This document shows positions 28,772 through 38,319 of a stretch of 64,000 nucleotides of DNA, piece by piece. A model generated the notes under the pieces. It was not told where the DNA came from, did not search any database, and worked only from the letters and a program-made list of their open reading frames with translations. The DNA is from an uncultured Chloroflexia bacterium (GTDB lineage Bacteria > Chloroflexota > Limnocylindria > Limnocylindrales > CSP1-4), in the NCBI GenBank assembly GCA_963703575.1, contig CAVPEU010000026.1:129850-193849 (forward strand), read 5' to 3'. The position numbers and the translations under genes were made by a program. Numbering within the stretch: the first letter of the stretch is position 1; every line of letters starts with the position of its first letter.

Positions 28772-30067
28772 TCAGGCGCCGGTGCCGGGGCCGGGCGCGG
28801 CCGGAGCCGGAGCGGGCGTCGAAGCGGCCGCCGTCGAGGCGGCCGCCGGCATGCCGTACGCCGGCACCGTCCCTGACGGCACGTACGGGCAGAGCGGGTC
28901 CGCCTCCAGCGGATCGCCCGTCCAGGCGTAGGCCCGCGCCCGCGAGCCCCCGCAGATCCGCGCGAACTCGCAGCGCCCGCAGCGGCCCTTGAACCCCTCG
29001 GGGTTTCGCAGGTCACGCATCACCGGGTGGTCGCGGTAGAGGTCCACGACCGACGCCTGGCGCACGTTCCCCAGCGGGATCGGCAGGAAGCCGGACGGGT
29101 TCACCGTCCCGTCGTGGGCCACGAACACGATGCCGTTGCCGTCGCGGATCCCGAACCCCCGCCCCACCGACGTCTTCGCGATCGCGTCGCTTTCCATCCC
29201 GGCCGCCTGCATCTGGCGGATCACGAGCCGGCGGTAGTGGGTCGCCTCCGTCGTCTTGACCTGGAACGGGGCGGTCCGTGACAGGTCGTACAGCCAGGCG
29301 TTGAGCTTCTCGGACTCGCCGGGCGTGACCTCGCGCAGCGCGCTCCCACGGCCCACGCTGATCAGCATGAACAGGCTCCAGCGCATGACGTCCATGCCCA
29401 GGAGCAGCTCGTAGATCGCGGGCAGGTCGCTCAGCGTCTCATCGGTGACCAGGGTGTTGACCTGGATCGGCAGGCCGGCGGCGCGGGCCCAGCGGGCGGC
29501 CTGGAGCGTCTTGTCGAACGTGCCCGGGACCATGCGGAAGCCGTCGTGGCGAGCCGCGTCCGACCCGTCGAGCGAGAGCGAGATGTTCTGGACGCCCGCC
29601 TCGTGGAGGCTCGCCAGCACGTCCGGCGTGAGCAGCGGCGTGGCGGCCGGCGCCAGCGAGACGCCGATGCCGCGGGCGGTCGCGGCGCGCACCAGGTCGT
29701 GGAGGTCCGGGCGGTTGAGCGGGTCGCCGCCGGTGAGCACGACGTGCGGGTACGGCCGCCCGAAGCCGGTGATGTCGTCCAGGAGCCGGTAACCCTCCTC
29801 GGTCGTCAGCTCCAGCGGGTCGCGCTCCGCGATGGCGGAGGCGCGGCAGTGGCGGCAGGCGAGCCCGCAGGCGAGCGTCGTCTCCCAGTACACGAGCATC
29901 GGCGCGCGGTCGTACACGTAGCCCTCGGCACGGACGGCACCCACGCCCGTGATGCCGGACGGGTGCCCGCCCCGAGGACCGCCGGGATGGCCGGCGGGAT
30001 GGCCGGCGGAATTGTCGGCGGGCCGGCCCGGGCGGCCGGCGGGGACGGGCTCCATGGACGTCGTCAT
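28772..30067 (-). CDS. Radical SAM NirJ/AhbC/AhbD-family enzyme (AhbD-like putative coproheme decarboxylase)
   Basis: YWETTLACGLACRHC rSAM motif and C-terminal CGRCEFARICGG...CPYVP auxiliary cluster. AAGGAGA RBS. N-terminal His/Pro/Gly-rich extension. Confidence 0.75.
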   Translation of the reverse strand: MTTSMEPVPAGRPGRPADNSAGHPAGHPGGPRGGHPSGITGVGAVRAEGYVYDRAPMLVYWETTLACGLACRHCRASAIAERDPLELTTEEGYRLLDDITGFGRPYPHVVLTGGDPLNRPDLHDLVRAATARGIGVSLAPAATPLLTPDVLASLHEAGVQNISLSLDGSDAARHDGFRMVPGTFDKTLQAARWARAAGLPIQVNTLVTDETLSDLPAIYELLLGMDVMRWSLFMLISVGRGSALREVTPGESEKLNAWLYDLSRTAPFQVKTTEATHYRRLVIRQMQAAGMESDAIAKTSVGRGFGIRDGNGIVFVAHDGTVNPSGFLPIPLGNVRQASVVDLYRDHPVMRDLRNPEGFKGRCGRCEFARICGGSRARAYAWTGDPLEADPLCPYVPSGTVPAYGMPAAASTAAASTPAPAPAAPGPGTGA

Positions 30068-30087
30068 CTCGGATCTCCTTCGGCCGC

Positions 30088-31015
30088 TCAGGCGACCGCT
30101 GTGGGGCGCAGCGCGTCGGCCGCGATGTCGGCCAGGCCGGCGATGAACGTCGGGTCGGTGTTCATCGAGCGTGCGCGGACGAGGTGGACGCCCAACCGAT
30201 CGGCCACCGCCTGCGCCTCGATGTCGATGTCGTAGAGGACCTCGAGGTGGTCGGTGACGAAGCCGACGGGCCGGATCACCAGCTCCGGGACGCCTTCGCC
30301 GGCCAGCCGCCGGATCTCGTCCAGGATGTCCGGGCCCAGCCACGGCTCGCCGGTCCGGCCGGCGCTCTGGAACGCGAACTCGTACCGCCCCAGGCCCAGC
30401 CGCTCCGCCACCAGCCGCGAGGTCGCGGCCAGCTCGTCCGGATACGGGTCGCCTTCCGCGAGCACGCGGGCGGGGAGGCTGTGGGCGGTGAACATCACGC
30501 GGACCCGTGCCGGATCCTCGAACCGGCCGAGCGCCTCCCGGACCGTCTGGGCCAGCGCCTCGATGAACCGGGGCTGGGCGTGCCACGAGTCCACGAACTC
30601 GACCGCGGGCGCCCCCTCCCCGAGATCCGCCAGCGCCGCGTCCACGGCCCGGCGATACCCGACGCCGTTCGAGGACCGGTGCGGCGCCATCGCGATCGCG
30701 ACGAACCGCTCCACCCCGTCGGTGGCCATGCCCTTGACGACGTCGCCGATCCGCGGCTCGATGTGCCGCATCCCGGCGTACACCGCTATCGAGCGTGCCG
30801 CGCCCCGTCAGCTCCGCCTCCAGCGCTGCCCGCTGCGCGTCCATGATCCGCGACAGCGGCGAGCCGCCGCCGATCGCCCGGTAGCGGCCCACCAGCTCCT
30901 CCAGCAGGTGGGGCGGCGGCGGGCTGCCGCGCCGGATGTCCGTGTAGTAGGCCTCGACCTGGTCCAGCCGGTCGGGGCTGCCGTAGGCCATCAGCAGGAC
31001 GGCGTCGCGGGTCAT
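30088..31015 (-). CDS. hemH: Ferrochelatase (coproporphyrin ferrochelatase CpfC/HemH); frame interrupted near 30800-30815
   Basis: N-terminus MTRDAVLLMAYGSPDRLDQVEAYYTDIRRG...AELTG is in one frame; the rest (VYAGMRHIEP...HLEVLYDIDIEA...) is in the +1 frame. ATGA overlap with the hemE stop. Confidence 0.8.
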
Positions 31016-32094
31016 CGGGAGGCCCCGGAATCGTGGACGAGGTCGACGAGGCGGGCGAGGTGGTCGGGGTTGGTGCCCGGCAGCACGCCGTGCCCGAGGT
31101 TGAACACGTGGCCGGGGCGGCCGCCGTTCTGGCCGAGGATCCAGCGGGCGCTCTCCACGACGCCCTCCCAGGGTCCGAGCAGGAGCGTCGGGTCGAGGTT
31201 GCCCTGCACGCCGCGATCCCCGACCAGCCGCCGCCCATCGGCAAGGGAGATCCGCCAGTCGAGCCCGATCACGTCGCCACCGGCCGAGGCCTGGAGGCGG
31301 AGCAGGCCGGCCGTGCCGGTGCCGAAGTGGATCGACGGGACCCCGAGCTTCCCGACGGCGTCGAACAGGCGCCGGTACCAGGGCAGGAGGCGGCGCTCGT
31401 AATCCAGCGGGCTCAGGCCGCCCACCCAGGAGTCGAAGACCTGGACGGCCTCGGCGCCGGCGGCCACCTGCGCTGCGAGGTAGCGGATCGTCGCCTCGGT
31501 GAGGACGTGGAGCAGCGCCGCCCACGTCTCGGGATCCGCGTGCATCAGGCGCCGGGTCCGGAGGAAGTCGCGCGACGGACCGCCCTCGACCAGGTAGCAG
31601 GCGAGGGTGAACGGCGCCCCGGCGAAGCCGATCAGCGGCACCGGCGACTCGCGCCGGATCAGCCGGATGGCCTCCAGCAGCGGGGCCACCGCGAACGACG
31701 GCTCGAACTCGCGCAGGGCGCGCACGTCGGCGAGGGTCCGGATCGGGTGCTCGATGACCGGCCCCACGCCCTCGCGGATCTCGAACTCGACGCCCAGCCC
31801 GGCGAGCGGCGTGGTGATGTCGGCGAACAGGATCGCCGCGTCCACGCCCAGGCGGCGGACCGGCTGGAGGGTGACCTCGGCGCACAGCCCGGGGTCGCGG
31901 GTGATCTCGAGCAGGGTCGCCCGCTCTCGGACGGCGCGGTACTCCGGCAGGGCGCGACCCGCCTGGCGCATGAACCAGACCGGCGTGGTGTCCACGGGCA
32001 CCCCGCGGGCGGCGCGCAGGAAGCGCGTCTCGGGGCGCGGGGCGGGGCTGCCGGCCGGGGCAGCCGGGGCGGCGGCGCGCGTCTCGGCCGTCAT
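31012..32094 (-). CDS. hemE: Uroporphyrinogen decarboxylase
   Basis: PVWFMRQAGRALPEY signature. ATGA overlap with the hemL stop. Confidence 0.9.
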   Translation of the reverse strand: MTAETRAAAPAAPAGSPAPRPETRFLRAARGVPVDTTPVWFMRQAGRALPEYRAVRERATLLEITRDPGLCAEVTLQPVRRLGVDAAILFADITTPLAGLGVEFEIREGVGPVIEHPIRTLADVRALREFEPSFAVAPLLEAIRLIRRESPVPLIGFAGAPFTLACYLVEGGPSRDFLRTRRLMHADPETWAALLHVLTEATIRYLAAQVAAGAEAVQVFDSWVGGLSPLDYERRLLPWYRRLFDAVGKLGVPSIHFGTGTAGLLRLQASAGGDVIGLDWRISLADGRRLVGDRGVQGNLDPTLLLGPWEGVVESARWILGQNGGRPGHVFNLGHGVLPGTNPDHLARLVDLVHDSGASR

Positions 32095-33407
32095 GCCGCG
32101 AACGCCCGTCGCACCGCGTCCAGGGTCGCCCTGACCTCCGCGTCGCCGTGGGCGACGCCGATGAACCAGGCCTCGAACTGGGACGGCGGCAGCAGTACGC
32201 CTTCGTCCAGCATGCCGCCGAAGAAGCGCGCGTACGCCTCGCGGTCCGCGGTCAGCGCCTGCGCGCCGTCCCGCGGCGGGGAGGCGAGGAAGAACACCGT
32301 GAGCAGCGAGCCGACCCGCGAGATCGCGACCTCGCGGCCGGCCGCCGCGGCCGCCTGGCGCAGCCCCGCCTCCAGGGTGGCGCCGGTGTGCTCGAGCACC
32401 TCGTACACGTACGGCGTGAGCAGGTCCAGCGTGGCCACCCCGGCCGCCATCGACAGCGGGTGGCCGCTGAGGGTCCCCGCCTGGTAGACGCCGCCCTCCG
32501 GGGCGACGTGCGCCATCAGGTCCGCACGCCCGCCGTAGGCTCCGATCGGCAGCCCGCCGCCGATGATCTTGCCCAGCGTCGTGAGGTCCGGCACGATCCC
32601 GTACCGCTCCTGCGCCCCGCCGCGCGCGACGCGGAACCCGGTGATGACCTCGTCGAAGATCAGCAGCGCGCCGTTCGCCTCCGTCTGCTCGCGCAGCGCG
32701 TCCAGGAAGCCCGGCTCCGGGGCGATGACGCCCACGTTGGCGCCCACCGGCTCCACGATGATCGCCGCGACCTGGCCCGGATGGGCGCGGAAGGCCTCCG
32801 CGACCGCGTCGACATCGTTGTACGGGATCACGATCGTGTCCCGCGCCGTGCCCGCCGTCACGCCGGCCGAGCCCGGCATGGCCAGCGTCGCGAGGCCGGA
32901 CCCCGCCTCGACGAGGAGGCTGTCGCCGTGCCCGTGGTACCCGCCGGCGAACTTGACGACCAGGTCCCGGCCGGTGGCGCCGCGGGCCAGCCGGATCGCG
33001 CTCATCACGGCCTCGGTGCCGGACGAGGTGAACCGCATCCGTTCGATGGACGGCATGGCCGCGCGGATGCGCTCGCCCAGCTCCACCTCCCGGGGACCGG
33101 TCGCGCCCAGCGCGAACCCGTCGAGGGCCGCCTCCCGGACGGCGTTGACCACCGCCGGGGCGGCATGGCCCAGGATCGCCGGCCCCCAGGCGCCGATGTA
33201 GTCCAGGTACCAGCGGCCGTCGGCGTCCCGGACGCGGGGCCCCTCGCCCCGGTCCAGCACGAGCGGCGGCCGCCCGACCGAGCGGAAGGCCCGCACGGGG
33301 CTGTTGACGCCGCCCGGGAACAGGTCCGCGGCCCGGGCGCGAAGGTCGTCCTGGCGGGATGCGGCCGGCGTCGCTCCCGCGTCCGGGTCGCCGATGAACA
33401 TCGTCAT
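32091..33407 (-). CDS. hemL: Glutamate-1-semialdehyde 2,1-aminomutase
   Basis: PLP-dependent aminotransferase class III (FPGGVNSPVRAF; lysine in TLGKIIGGG). Confidence 0.9.
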   Translation of the reverse strand: MTMFIGDPDAGATPAASRQDDLRARAADLFPGGVNSPVRAFRSVGRPPLVLDRGEGPRVRDADGRWYLDYIGAWGPAILGHAAPAVVNAVREAALDGFALGATGPREVELGERIRAAMPSIERMRFTSSGTEAVMSAIRLARGATGRDLVVKFAGGYHGHGDSLLVEAGSGLATLAMPGSAGVTAGTARDTIVIPYNDVDAVAEAFRAHPGQVAAIIVEPVGANVGVIAPEPGFLDALREQTEANGALLIFDEVITGFRVARGGAQERYGIVPDLTTLGKIIGGGLPIGAYGGRADLMAHVAPEGGVYQAGTLSGHPLSMAAGVATLDLLTPYVYEVLEHTGATLEAGLRQAAAAAGREVAISRVGSLLTVFFLASPPRDGAQALTADREAYARFFGGMLDEGVLLPPSQFEAWFIGVAHGDAEVRATLDAVRRAFAA

Positions 33408-33408
33408 G

Positions 33409-34434
33409 TCAGCCCTCCCGGGCCCAGGCCGCGAGGTCCGCCGCGGCATAGGTGATCACGAACCCCGCCCCCGCGCGCAGGATCGCCGTGGTGGTCTCGG
33501 TCAGGGCGCGACGGCGGTCGATCCAGCCGTTCCGGGCGGCCGCCTCGATGGTCGCGTACTCGCCGCTCACCTGGTAGCCGCCGATCGGGACGTCGAACCG
33601 CCGCCGCGCCGCGGCCAGGATGTCCAGCGACGGCAGCGCCGGCTTGACCAGCAGCATGTCGGCGCCCTCCGAGAGGTCGATCTCCATCTCGCGCATCGAC
33701 TCGCGCCCGTTGGCCGGGTCCATCTGGTAGCCGCGCCGGTCGCCGAAGGCGGGCGTGGAGCCCGCGGCCTCGCGGAACGGGCCGTAGAACGCGGACGCGG
33801 TCTTGGCCGCGTAGGCGAGGATCGCGGTGTCGTGGTGGCCGTCCATGTCCAGCCCATGCCGGATCGCGGCGACCTGGCCGTCCATCATGCCGCTGGGCGC
33901 CACGATGTCGGCGCCGGCCTCGGCCTGGGAGACCGCGGTGCGCGCGTACAGCTCGATGGTGGCGTCGTTGTCCACCCGGCCGTCGGCGAGGAGCGGGCCG
34001 CAGTGGCCGTGGTCCGTGTATTCGCACAGGCAGGTGTCCGCGATGAGCGCGAGATCGAGGTCGGCGTCCCGCAGGCGACGGAGCGCCTCCTGGACGATGC
34101 CGTCCGCAGCCCAGCCGCCGGTGCCGATGGCATCCTTCTCCGCCGGCAGGCCGAACAGGATGAGTCCCCCGATCCCCAGCTCCTCCAGCGCCCGGGCGTC
34201 CTTGAGCGCCTCGTCCGGCGTCACCCGCTCCACGCCGGGCATCGAGCCGACCGGCTCGCGGCGACCCCGCCCGGGGGTCACGAACAGGGGCGCCACGAGC
34301 TGCCGCGGATGGATCCGCGTCTCGCGCACGAACGCCCGGAGCGTCTCGGTCCGGCGCGTCCGGCGAAGCCGGTGGGCGGCGGGTACCTCCGGGACCGGGT
34401 GTGCGGCGGCCGTCAGGTCGGTGACAAGGCTCAT
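33409..34434 (-). CDS. hemB: Porphobilinogen synthase (ALA dehydratase)
   Basis: ALAD active-site region DTCLCEYTDHGHCG and GADIVAPSGMMDG. GGAGGA RBS. Confidence 0.9.
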   Translation of the reverse strand: MSLVTDLTAAAHPVPEVPAAHRLRRTRRTETLRAFVRETRIHPRQLVAPLFVTPGRGRREPVGSMPGVERVTPDEALKDARALEELGIGGLILFGLPAEKDAIGTGGWAADGIVQEALRRLRDADLDLALIADTCLCEYTDHGHCGPLLADGRVDNDATIELYARTAVSQAEAGADIVAPSGMMDGQVAAIRHGLDMDGHHDTAILAYAAKTASAFYGPFREAAGSTPAFGDRRGYQMDPANGRESMREMEIDLSEGADMLLVKPALPSLDILAAARRRFDVPIGGYQVSGEYATIEAAARNGWIDRRRALTETTTAILRAGAGFVITYAAADLAAWAREG

Positions 34435-36119
34435 CTGGGTCCTCCGGGAACTGGGACACGCCGGACGCCGAGGGATGCCGCGACGAACGCGGCAAGGTCC
34501 GGCGCGGCCGGCGACGGCGCGCTCAGGACGGTGGCGAAGCCGAGCGACCGGGCGGCGGTCGCGGTGGGTGCGCCGATGGCCACGACGGGAGTCCTGAGCA
34601 GGCGGTCGTGAACTGCGTCATCCGCCGCCAGCGCGAGGAACCCCCGGGCGGTCGAGCCGCTGGTCAGCACGAGCGCGTCCAGGGGCCCGTCGTCAAGCGC
34701 GGCGGCGAGCAGGGCGCGGGACGCGGCCGGCCCCTCGGCGGTGTGGTAGGCGACCACGTCCTCGACGACCGCGCCGCGGGCGCGCAGCGCATCGGGCAAG
34801 GCCGGCTCGGCGATATCGGCACGCGGCAGCAGGACCCGGTCACCGGGGAGCACGGGCAGCTCGCGCCCCATCGCGTCAGCCGTCGAGGACGACGGCACGA
34901 ACGAGACCGGGACACCAGCAGCCGCGAGGACGCCCGCGGTCGCCTCGCCGACGGCGCCCCACAGGGTGGCCGACGCCCGGGCCCCGGTGCGCTCGAAGGC
35001 GGCCAGGGTCGCACGGGCGGCGTTGCCGCTCGTGACCACGACCCAGTCCCCGGGCCGGACGGTCGCGGCCACACGGTCCAGGGGTCCGCCCACCCCGGCG
35101 GTCCGGACCTCGATGGCGGGGACGTTGGCGGCGTCGATGCCCGCCACATCCAGCGCATCGAGCAGCGCGCCCGCCTGGTCGTCCGGCCGCCCGACGAGCA
35201 CCCGTGGTCGCTGCCGCAGCGTGACGACTCTCGCGGCCAGCCGCTCCGCCAGCGCGGCGGACCGGGTGACCGGTGCGCTCCCGCGGACCCGCACGACCGG
35301 CGTGGCGACGATGGGTGCGCCCTCGGCCGGGGCCCATGTCCGCTCGGCGGAGGCGGCCAGCTCCAGCACGCCGTCGCGCACCTCCCCGATCGCCCCGATC
35401 GGTGACCGGCAGCCGCCCCCGGTCGCGTTGAGCAGTGTCCGTTCGGCCTGCACGGCCGTCCGGGTCGCGGGATCGTCCAGCAGGCCCACCGCCGCGACCG
35501 CCTCCGCGTCGGCCTTCCGCACCTGGATCGCGAGCGAGCCCTGCCCGGGCGCCGACGCGACCGCCGACGCCGGCAGGATGTCGTCGATCCGGTCCGCGCG
35601 GCCCAGGCGGGTGAGCCCGGCCACCGCCAGCACGAGCGCGTCGCTGTCCCCGCGGTCCAGCTTCGCCAGCCGCGTGTCCACGTTGCCGTGCAGCGGGTGC
35701 AGCTCGAGGTCCGGGCGGACCGCCCGCAGGAACGCCGTGCGGCGGGGGCTGTCGGTACCGACCCGCGCGCCGGCCGGGAGCGTCGCCAGCGTCGTCCCGC
35801 GGACCCGGCACACCAGCGCGTCCCGCGGGTCCTCCCGCGGCGGGTACGCGGCGATCACGAGGTCCGGGTGCTCGTCGGTGGGGACGTCCTTCGCGCTGTG
35901 CACGGCCACGTCCACGGACCCATCGAGCAGCGCGCCCACGATCCGGCCGACGAATGCGCCCTCACCCCAGGCGGTGTCCACCGGCCGGTCGTCACCCTCG
36001 GTGCGGATGATTGCGATCTCCGCGGGCACGCCGTGCTCGGCGAGGCGAGCGGCGACCCAGTTCGCCTGGACGAGCGCGAGCGCGCTCCCCCGGGTGCCGA
36101 TGCGGAGGGGACGGGTCAC
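34431..36119 (-). CDS. hemCD: Fused hydroxymethylbilane synthase / uroporphyrinogen-III synthase
   Basis: N-terminal HemC (LRIGTRGSALALVQANWV...GGGCRSP); C-terminal HemD domain (PRVLVGRPDDQAGALLDALD...). GTG start after GAGGTG. Confidence 0.85.
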   Translation of the reverse strand: MTRPLRIGTRGSALALVQANWVAARLAEHGVPAEIAIIRTEGDDRPVDTAWGEGAFVGRIVGALLDGSVDVAVHSAKDVPTDEHPDLVIAAYPPREDPRDALVCRVRGTTLATLPAGARVGTDSPRRTAFLRAVRPDLELHPLHGNVDTRLAKLDRGDSDALVLAVAGLTRLGRADRIDDILPASAVASAPGQGSLAIQVRKADAEAVAAVGLLDDPATRTAVQAERTLLNATGGGCRSPIGAIGEVRDGVLELAASAERTWAPAEGAPIVATPVVRVRGSAPVTRSAALAERLAARVVTLRQRPRVLVGRPDDQAGALLDALDVAGIDAANVPAIEVRTAGVGGPLDRVAATVRPGDWVVVTSGNAARATLAAFERTGARASATLWGAVGEATAGVLAAAGVPVSFVPSSSTADAMGRELPVLPGDRVLLPRADIAEPALPDALRARGAVVEDVVAYHTAEGPAASRALLAAALDDGPLDALVLTSGSTARGFLALAADDAVHDRLLRTPVVAIGAPTATAARSLGFATVLSAPSPAAPDLAAFVAASLGVRRVPVPGGPR

Positions 36120-36135
36120 GGGACGCACCTCGGGC

Positions 36136-37353
36136 TCAGAGGGAGAACAGGGTCCGCGCGGCCCGCTCGAGGTCGCCGGAGGCGTCCTCACGGAGCGTCG
36201 CGAGCGGCGCATGGAGCAGGCCGGAGACCAGCCGGTGGCTCATCTGCTCCACGAGCTCGCGCTCGTGGTCCGCCAGGTCCAGGCGCCGGAACAGGCGCTC
36301 CAGCTCCTCGGCCCGCTGGGCCTCGGCGCGATCGCTGAGGGCCTGGATCGCGGGCACGCCGACCCGGGCGGAGACCCACGCGACGAAGGCCGCCTCGGCC
36401 TCGTCCAGCGAGCGGTTGAAGCGCGCCCGGAGGCGGCGACGGAGCTCGTCCTGCGGGCTGCGAGCGAGGTCGTCCACGGACGTGTACCGGCCGCCCAGGG
36501 CGTCGCGCAGATCCTCGCCCAGGGACGGCGGCGAGCTGAGGTCCACCACCGGCATCGAACCGGCGACGAGGTCGGCGCGGGCCTGCGGCGACAGCGGCCA
36601 CCGGGCGCCGATCGCGATCACCACCGCGTCGACGTCGGGCAATGGCGCCCCGGGGCCGAAGGCGACCGGCTCGCCGTTGGCGTCGAAGGCCAGGGCGGCG
36701 GCGCGATCGCTGCTGCGGTTGGCGACCAGGACGTGGCAGCCTCGCCGGGACGCGGCGAGCGCGGCGAGGCGCGCCATGCGTCCCGCGCCCACGACCAGGA
36801 CGCGCCGCCCGAGCAACGGCCCGCTGGCCGTGGCCGCCCGATCGAGCGCGACGTCGGCGAGCGACTGCGGCGGGCCCTCGCGCCATGACCGGGTCTCGCG
36901 GCCCAGGTGGAGCGCGATCTGGAACAGGCGCTCCAGGACCGGGTGCAGGCCGACGGCGAGGTCGCTCGGCGAGCCGATCTGCTCCGGGCAACGGGCGGCC
37001 GCGGGCAGGTGACGATCCGCCAGGCACTCCCGAAGCTGGTGCAGGATTTGGTCCTCGCCCACGACCACGGAGTCGAGGCCGGCCGCGACCGAGAACAGGT
37101 GCCGAGCGGCCTCGACGCCCTGGAGCCGGCGGCCGCCCGGCGGCAGGTTGGGCAGGACGAGGGGTCCCCGGCCCGGGAGCGGCTCGTCCACCGCGAACAG
37201 CTCGACGCGGTGGCAGGTGCGGATCAGGATCGCCCGCGGGTCGCCGGCGAGGGCGGCGGCCGCGTCCGCGAACGCCTCCCGTGCCTCGCTCGGGACGTGG
37301 CGGGCGTGGGTGACGAGCGCAACCAGGACGAGGTCGGCGCGAGGATCGGTCAC
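36136..37353 (-). CDS. hemA: Glutamyl-tRNA reductase
   Basis: HemA N-terminal domain, NADP-binding VLVVGAGRMARLAALA, and dimerisation tail. Confidence 0.9.
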   Translation of the reverse strand: MTDPRADLVLVALVTHARHVPSEAREAFADAAAALAGDPRAILIRTCHRVELFAVDEPLPGRGPLVLPNLPPGGRRLQGVEAARHLFSVAAGLDSVVVGEDQILHQLRECLADRHLPAAARCPEQIGSPSDLAVGLHPVLERLFQIALHLGRETRSWREGPPQSLADVALDRAATASGPLLGRRVLVVGAGRMARLAALAASRRGCHVLVANRSSDRAAALAFDANGEPVAFGPGAPLPDVDAVVIAIGARWPLSPQARADLVAGSMPVVDLSSPPSLGEDLRDALGGRYTSVDDLARSPQDELRRRLRARFNRSLDEAEAAFVAWVSARVGVPAIQALSDRAEAQRAEELERLFRRLDLADHERELVEQMSHRLVSGLLHAPLATLREDASGDLERAARTLFSL

Positions 37354-38099
37354 GAGAGGCTCCCGGAGGTGGGCGAAGTGGACGGGGTCGGCGAGGCGGA
37401 CGCGGGCGGCGAGGCGGACGGGGTCGGCGAGGCGGGCCGGCGGCGGCGCGAGGGAGCCAGGGCCGCGGCCTCCCAGCCACGGAGCGTCGCCAGGAGCAGG
37501 TCGTCGAGGGCCGCCGTGGCATCGGCGAGCAGCGTAGAACAGGCGGCCGCGTCGAACTCGCGGCGCCGGGCGAGCGCACCCAGCTCCGCGAGGAACGGGC
37601 GGCGGTAGCGGAGGAACAGGTCCGCGGTCATCGATGCCCCGATCCCCTCGCGGGCCGCGACGCGCCCATACTCGGTGCAGGCGGCTTCCGCGTCGAGCAG
37701 GTGGCGGTGGTGCTCGTCCCCGGTCGAGTCGAGCGCCGCGACCAGCGCGGCGACGATGGCCCGGCCGTGGTGGCGGAATTGCTCCCGCCGCTCGTCATCC
37801 AGCTCGGCGATCCAGGGAATGTGCCCGGTGTCCACGTCCGTCGCTCGCCGGTAGCCCCTGGCCATCCGGCCCGGCGTCTCGCCCAGGTCGGCAAGGGACG
37901 GGCGACCCGTGGGATGGGCGGGCAGCAGGGCATCGAGACCCGCCCGGGAGAACCGGCGGTGGCCGCCGGGGGTGACGAAGGTGCGGACCATCCCCGTGTC
38001 GGCCCAGCGGCGGATGGTGGACGGCGAGACGCCGAGCACGCGGCAGGCCTCGGTGAGCGTCACCCAACCGGGGTCCGCGGCCGTGGTGCGGGAACGCAT
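37350..38099 (-). CDS. MerR/excisionase-type HTH regulator with a C-terminal domain of unknown function
   Basis: HTH VTLTEACRVLGVSPSTIRRWADTGMV. Its stop overlaps the hemA start. Start ambiguous (TTG at 38129, ATG at 38120 or 38099). Pro/Ser/Ala-rich C-terminal tail. Confidence 0.6.
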   Translation of the reverse strand: MRSRTTAADPGWVTLTEACRVLGVSPSTIRRWADTGMVRTFVTPGGHRRFSRAGLDALLPAHPTGRPSLADLGETPGRMARGYRRATDVDTGHIPWIAELDDERREQFRHHGRAIVAALVAALDSTGDEHHRHLLDAEAACTEYGRVAAREGIGASMTADLFLRYRRPFLAELGALARRREFDAAACSTLLADATAALDDLLLATLRGWEAAALAPSRRRRPASPTPSASPPASASPTPSTSPTSGSLS

Positions 38100-38129
38100 G
38101 ACCGCCGATGAACCTCCCATATCTCCCAA

Positions 38130-38143
38130 ACCTTAGCGAAGGT
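38130..38143. promoter_or_regulatory. Inverted repeat ACCTTagcgAAGGT in the divergent regulator/feoAB promoter region
   Basis: Perfect 5-bp arms around a 4-bp centre, at the 5' edge of the MerR-like gene and ~180 bp upstream of feoA. Confidence 0.3.
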
Positions 38144-38319
38144 CCCGGCATGGTAGTCCCCAATCGACCCCGGCCCGACAGGGCCGTCCGGCCCCGGTTG
38201 CGGTGCGAACGGCCCGGTTCGGAGGGCGGTTCCACCCTTCCCCGGCGCCCGGCCCCGGACGCCTACTTCCTTCCGTGAACGTAGCGTCCCGCCGTCCGCC
38301 TGTCGCCCCGGAGCCCGGT

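Noticed and set aside
28772-31885. 1037-aa ORF spanning 28772-31885 on the minus strand
   Set aside because: It is a read-through composite. Its C-terminal third is the AhbD-like gene and a middle segment is the hemH N-terminus. The rest is antisense or off-frame sequence across hemH and hemE. I split it into separate genes.
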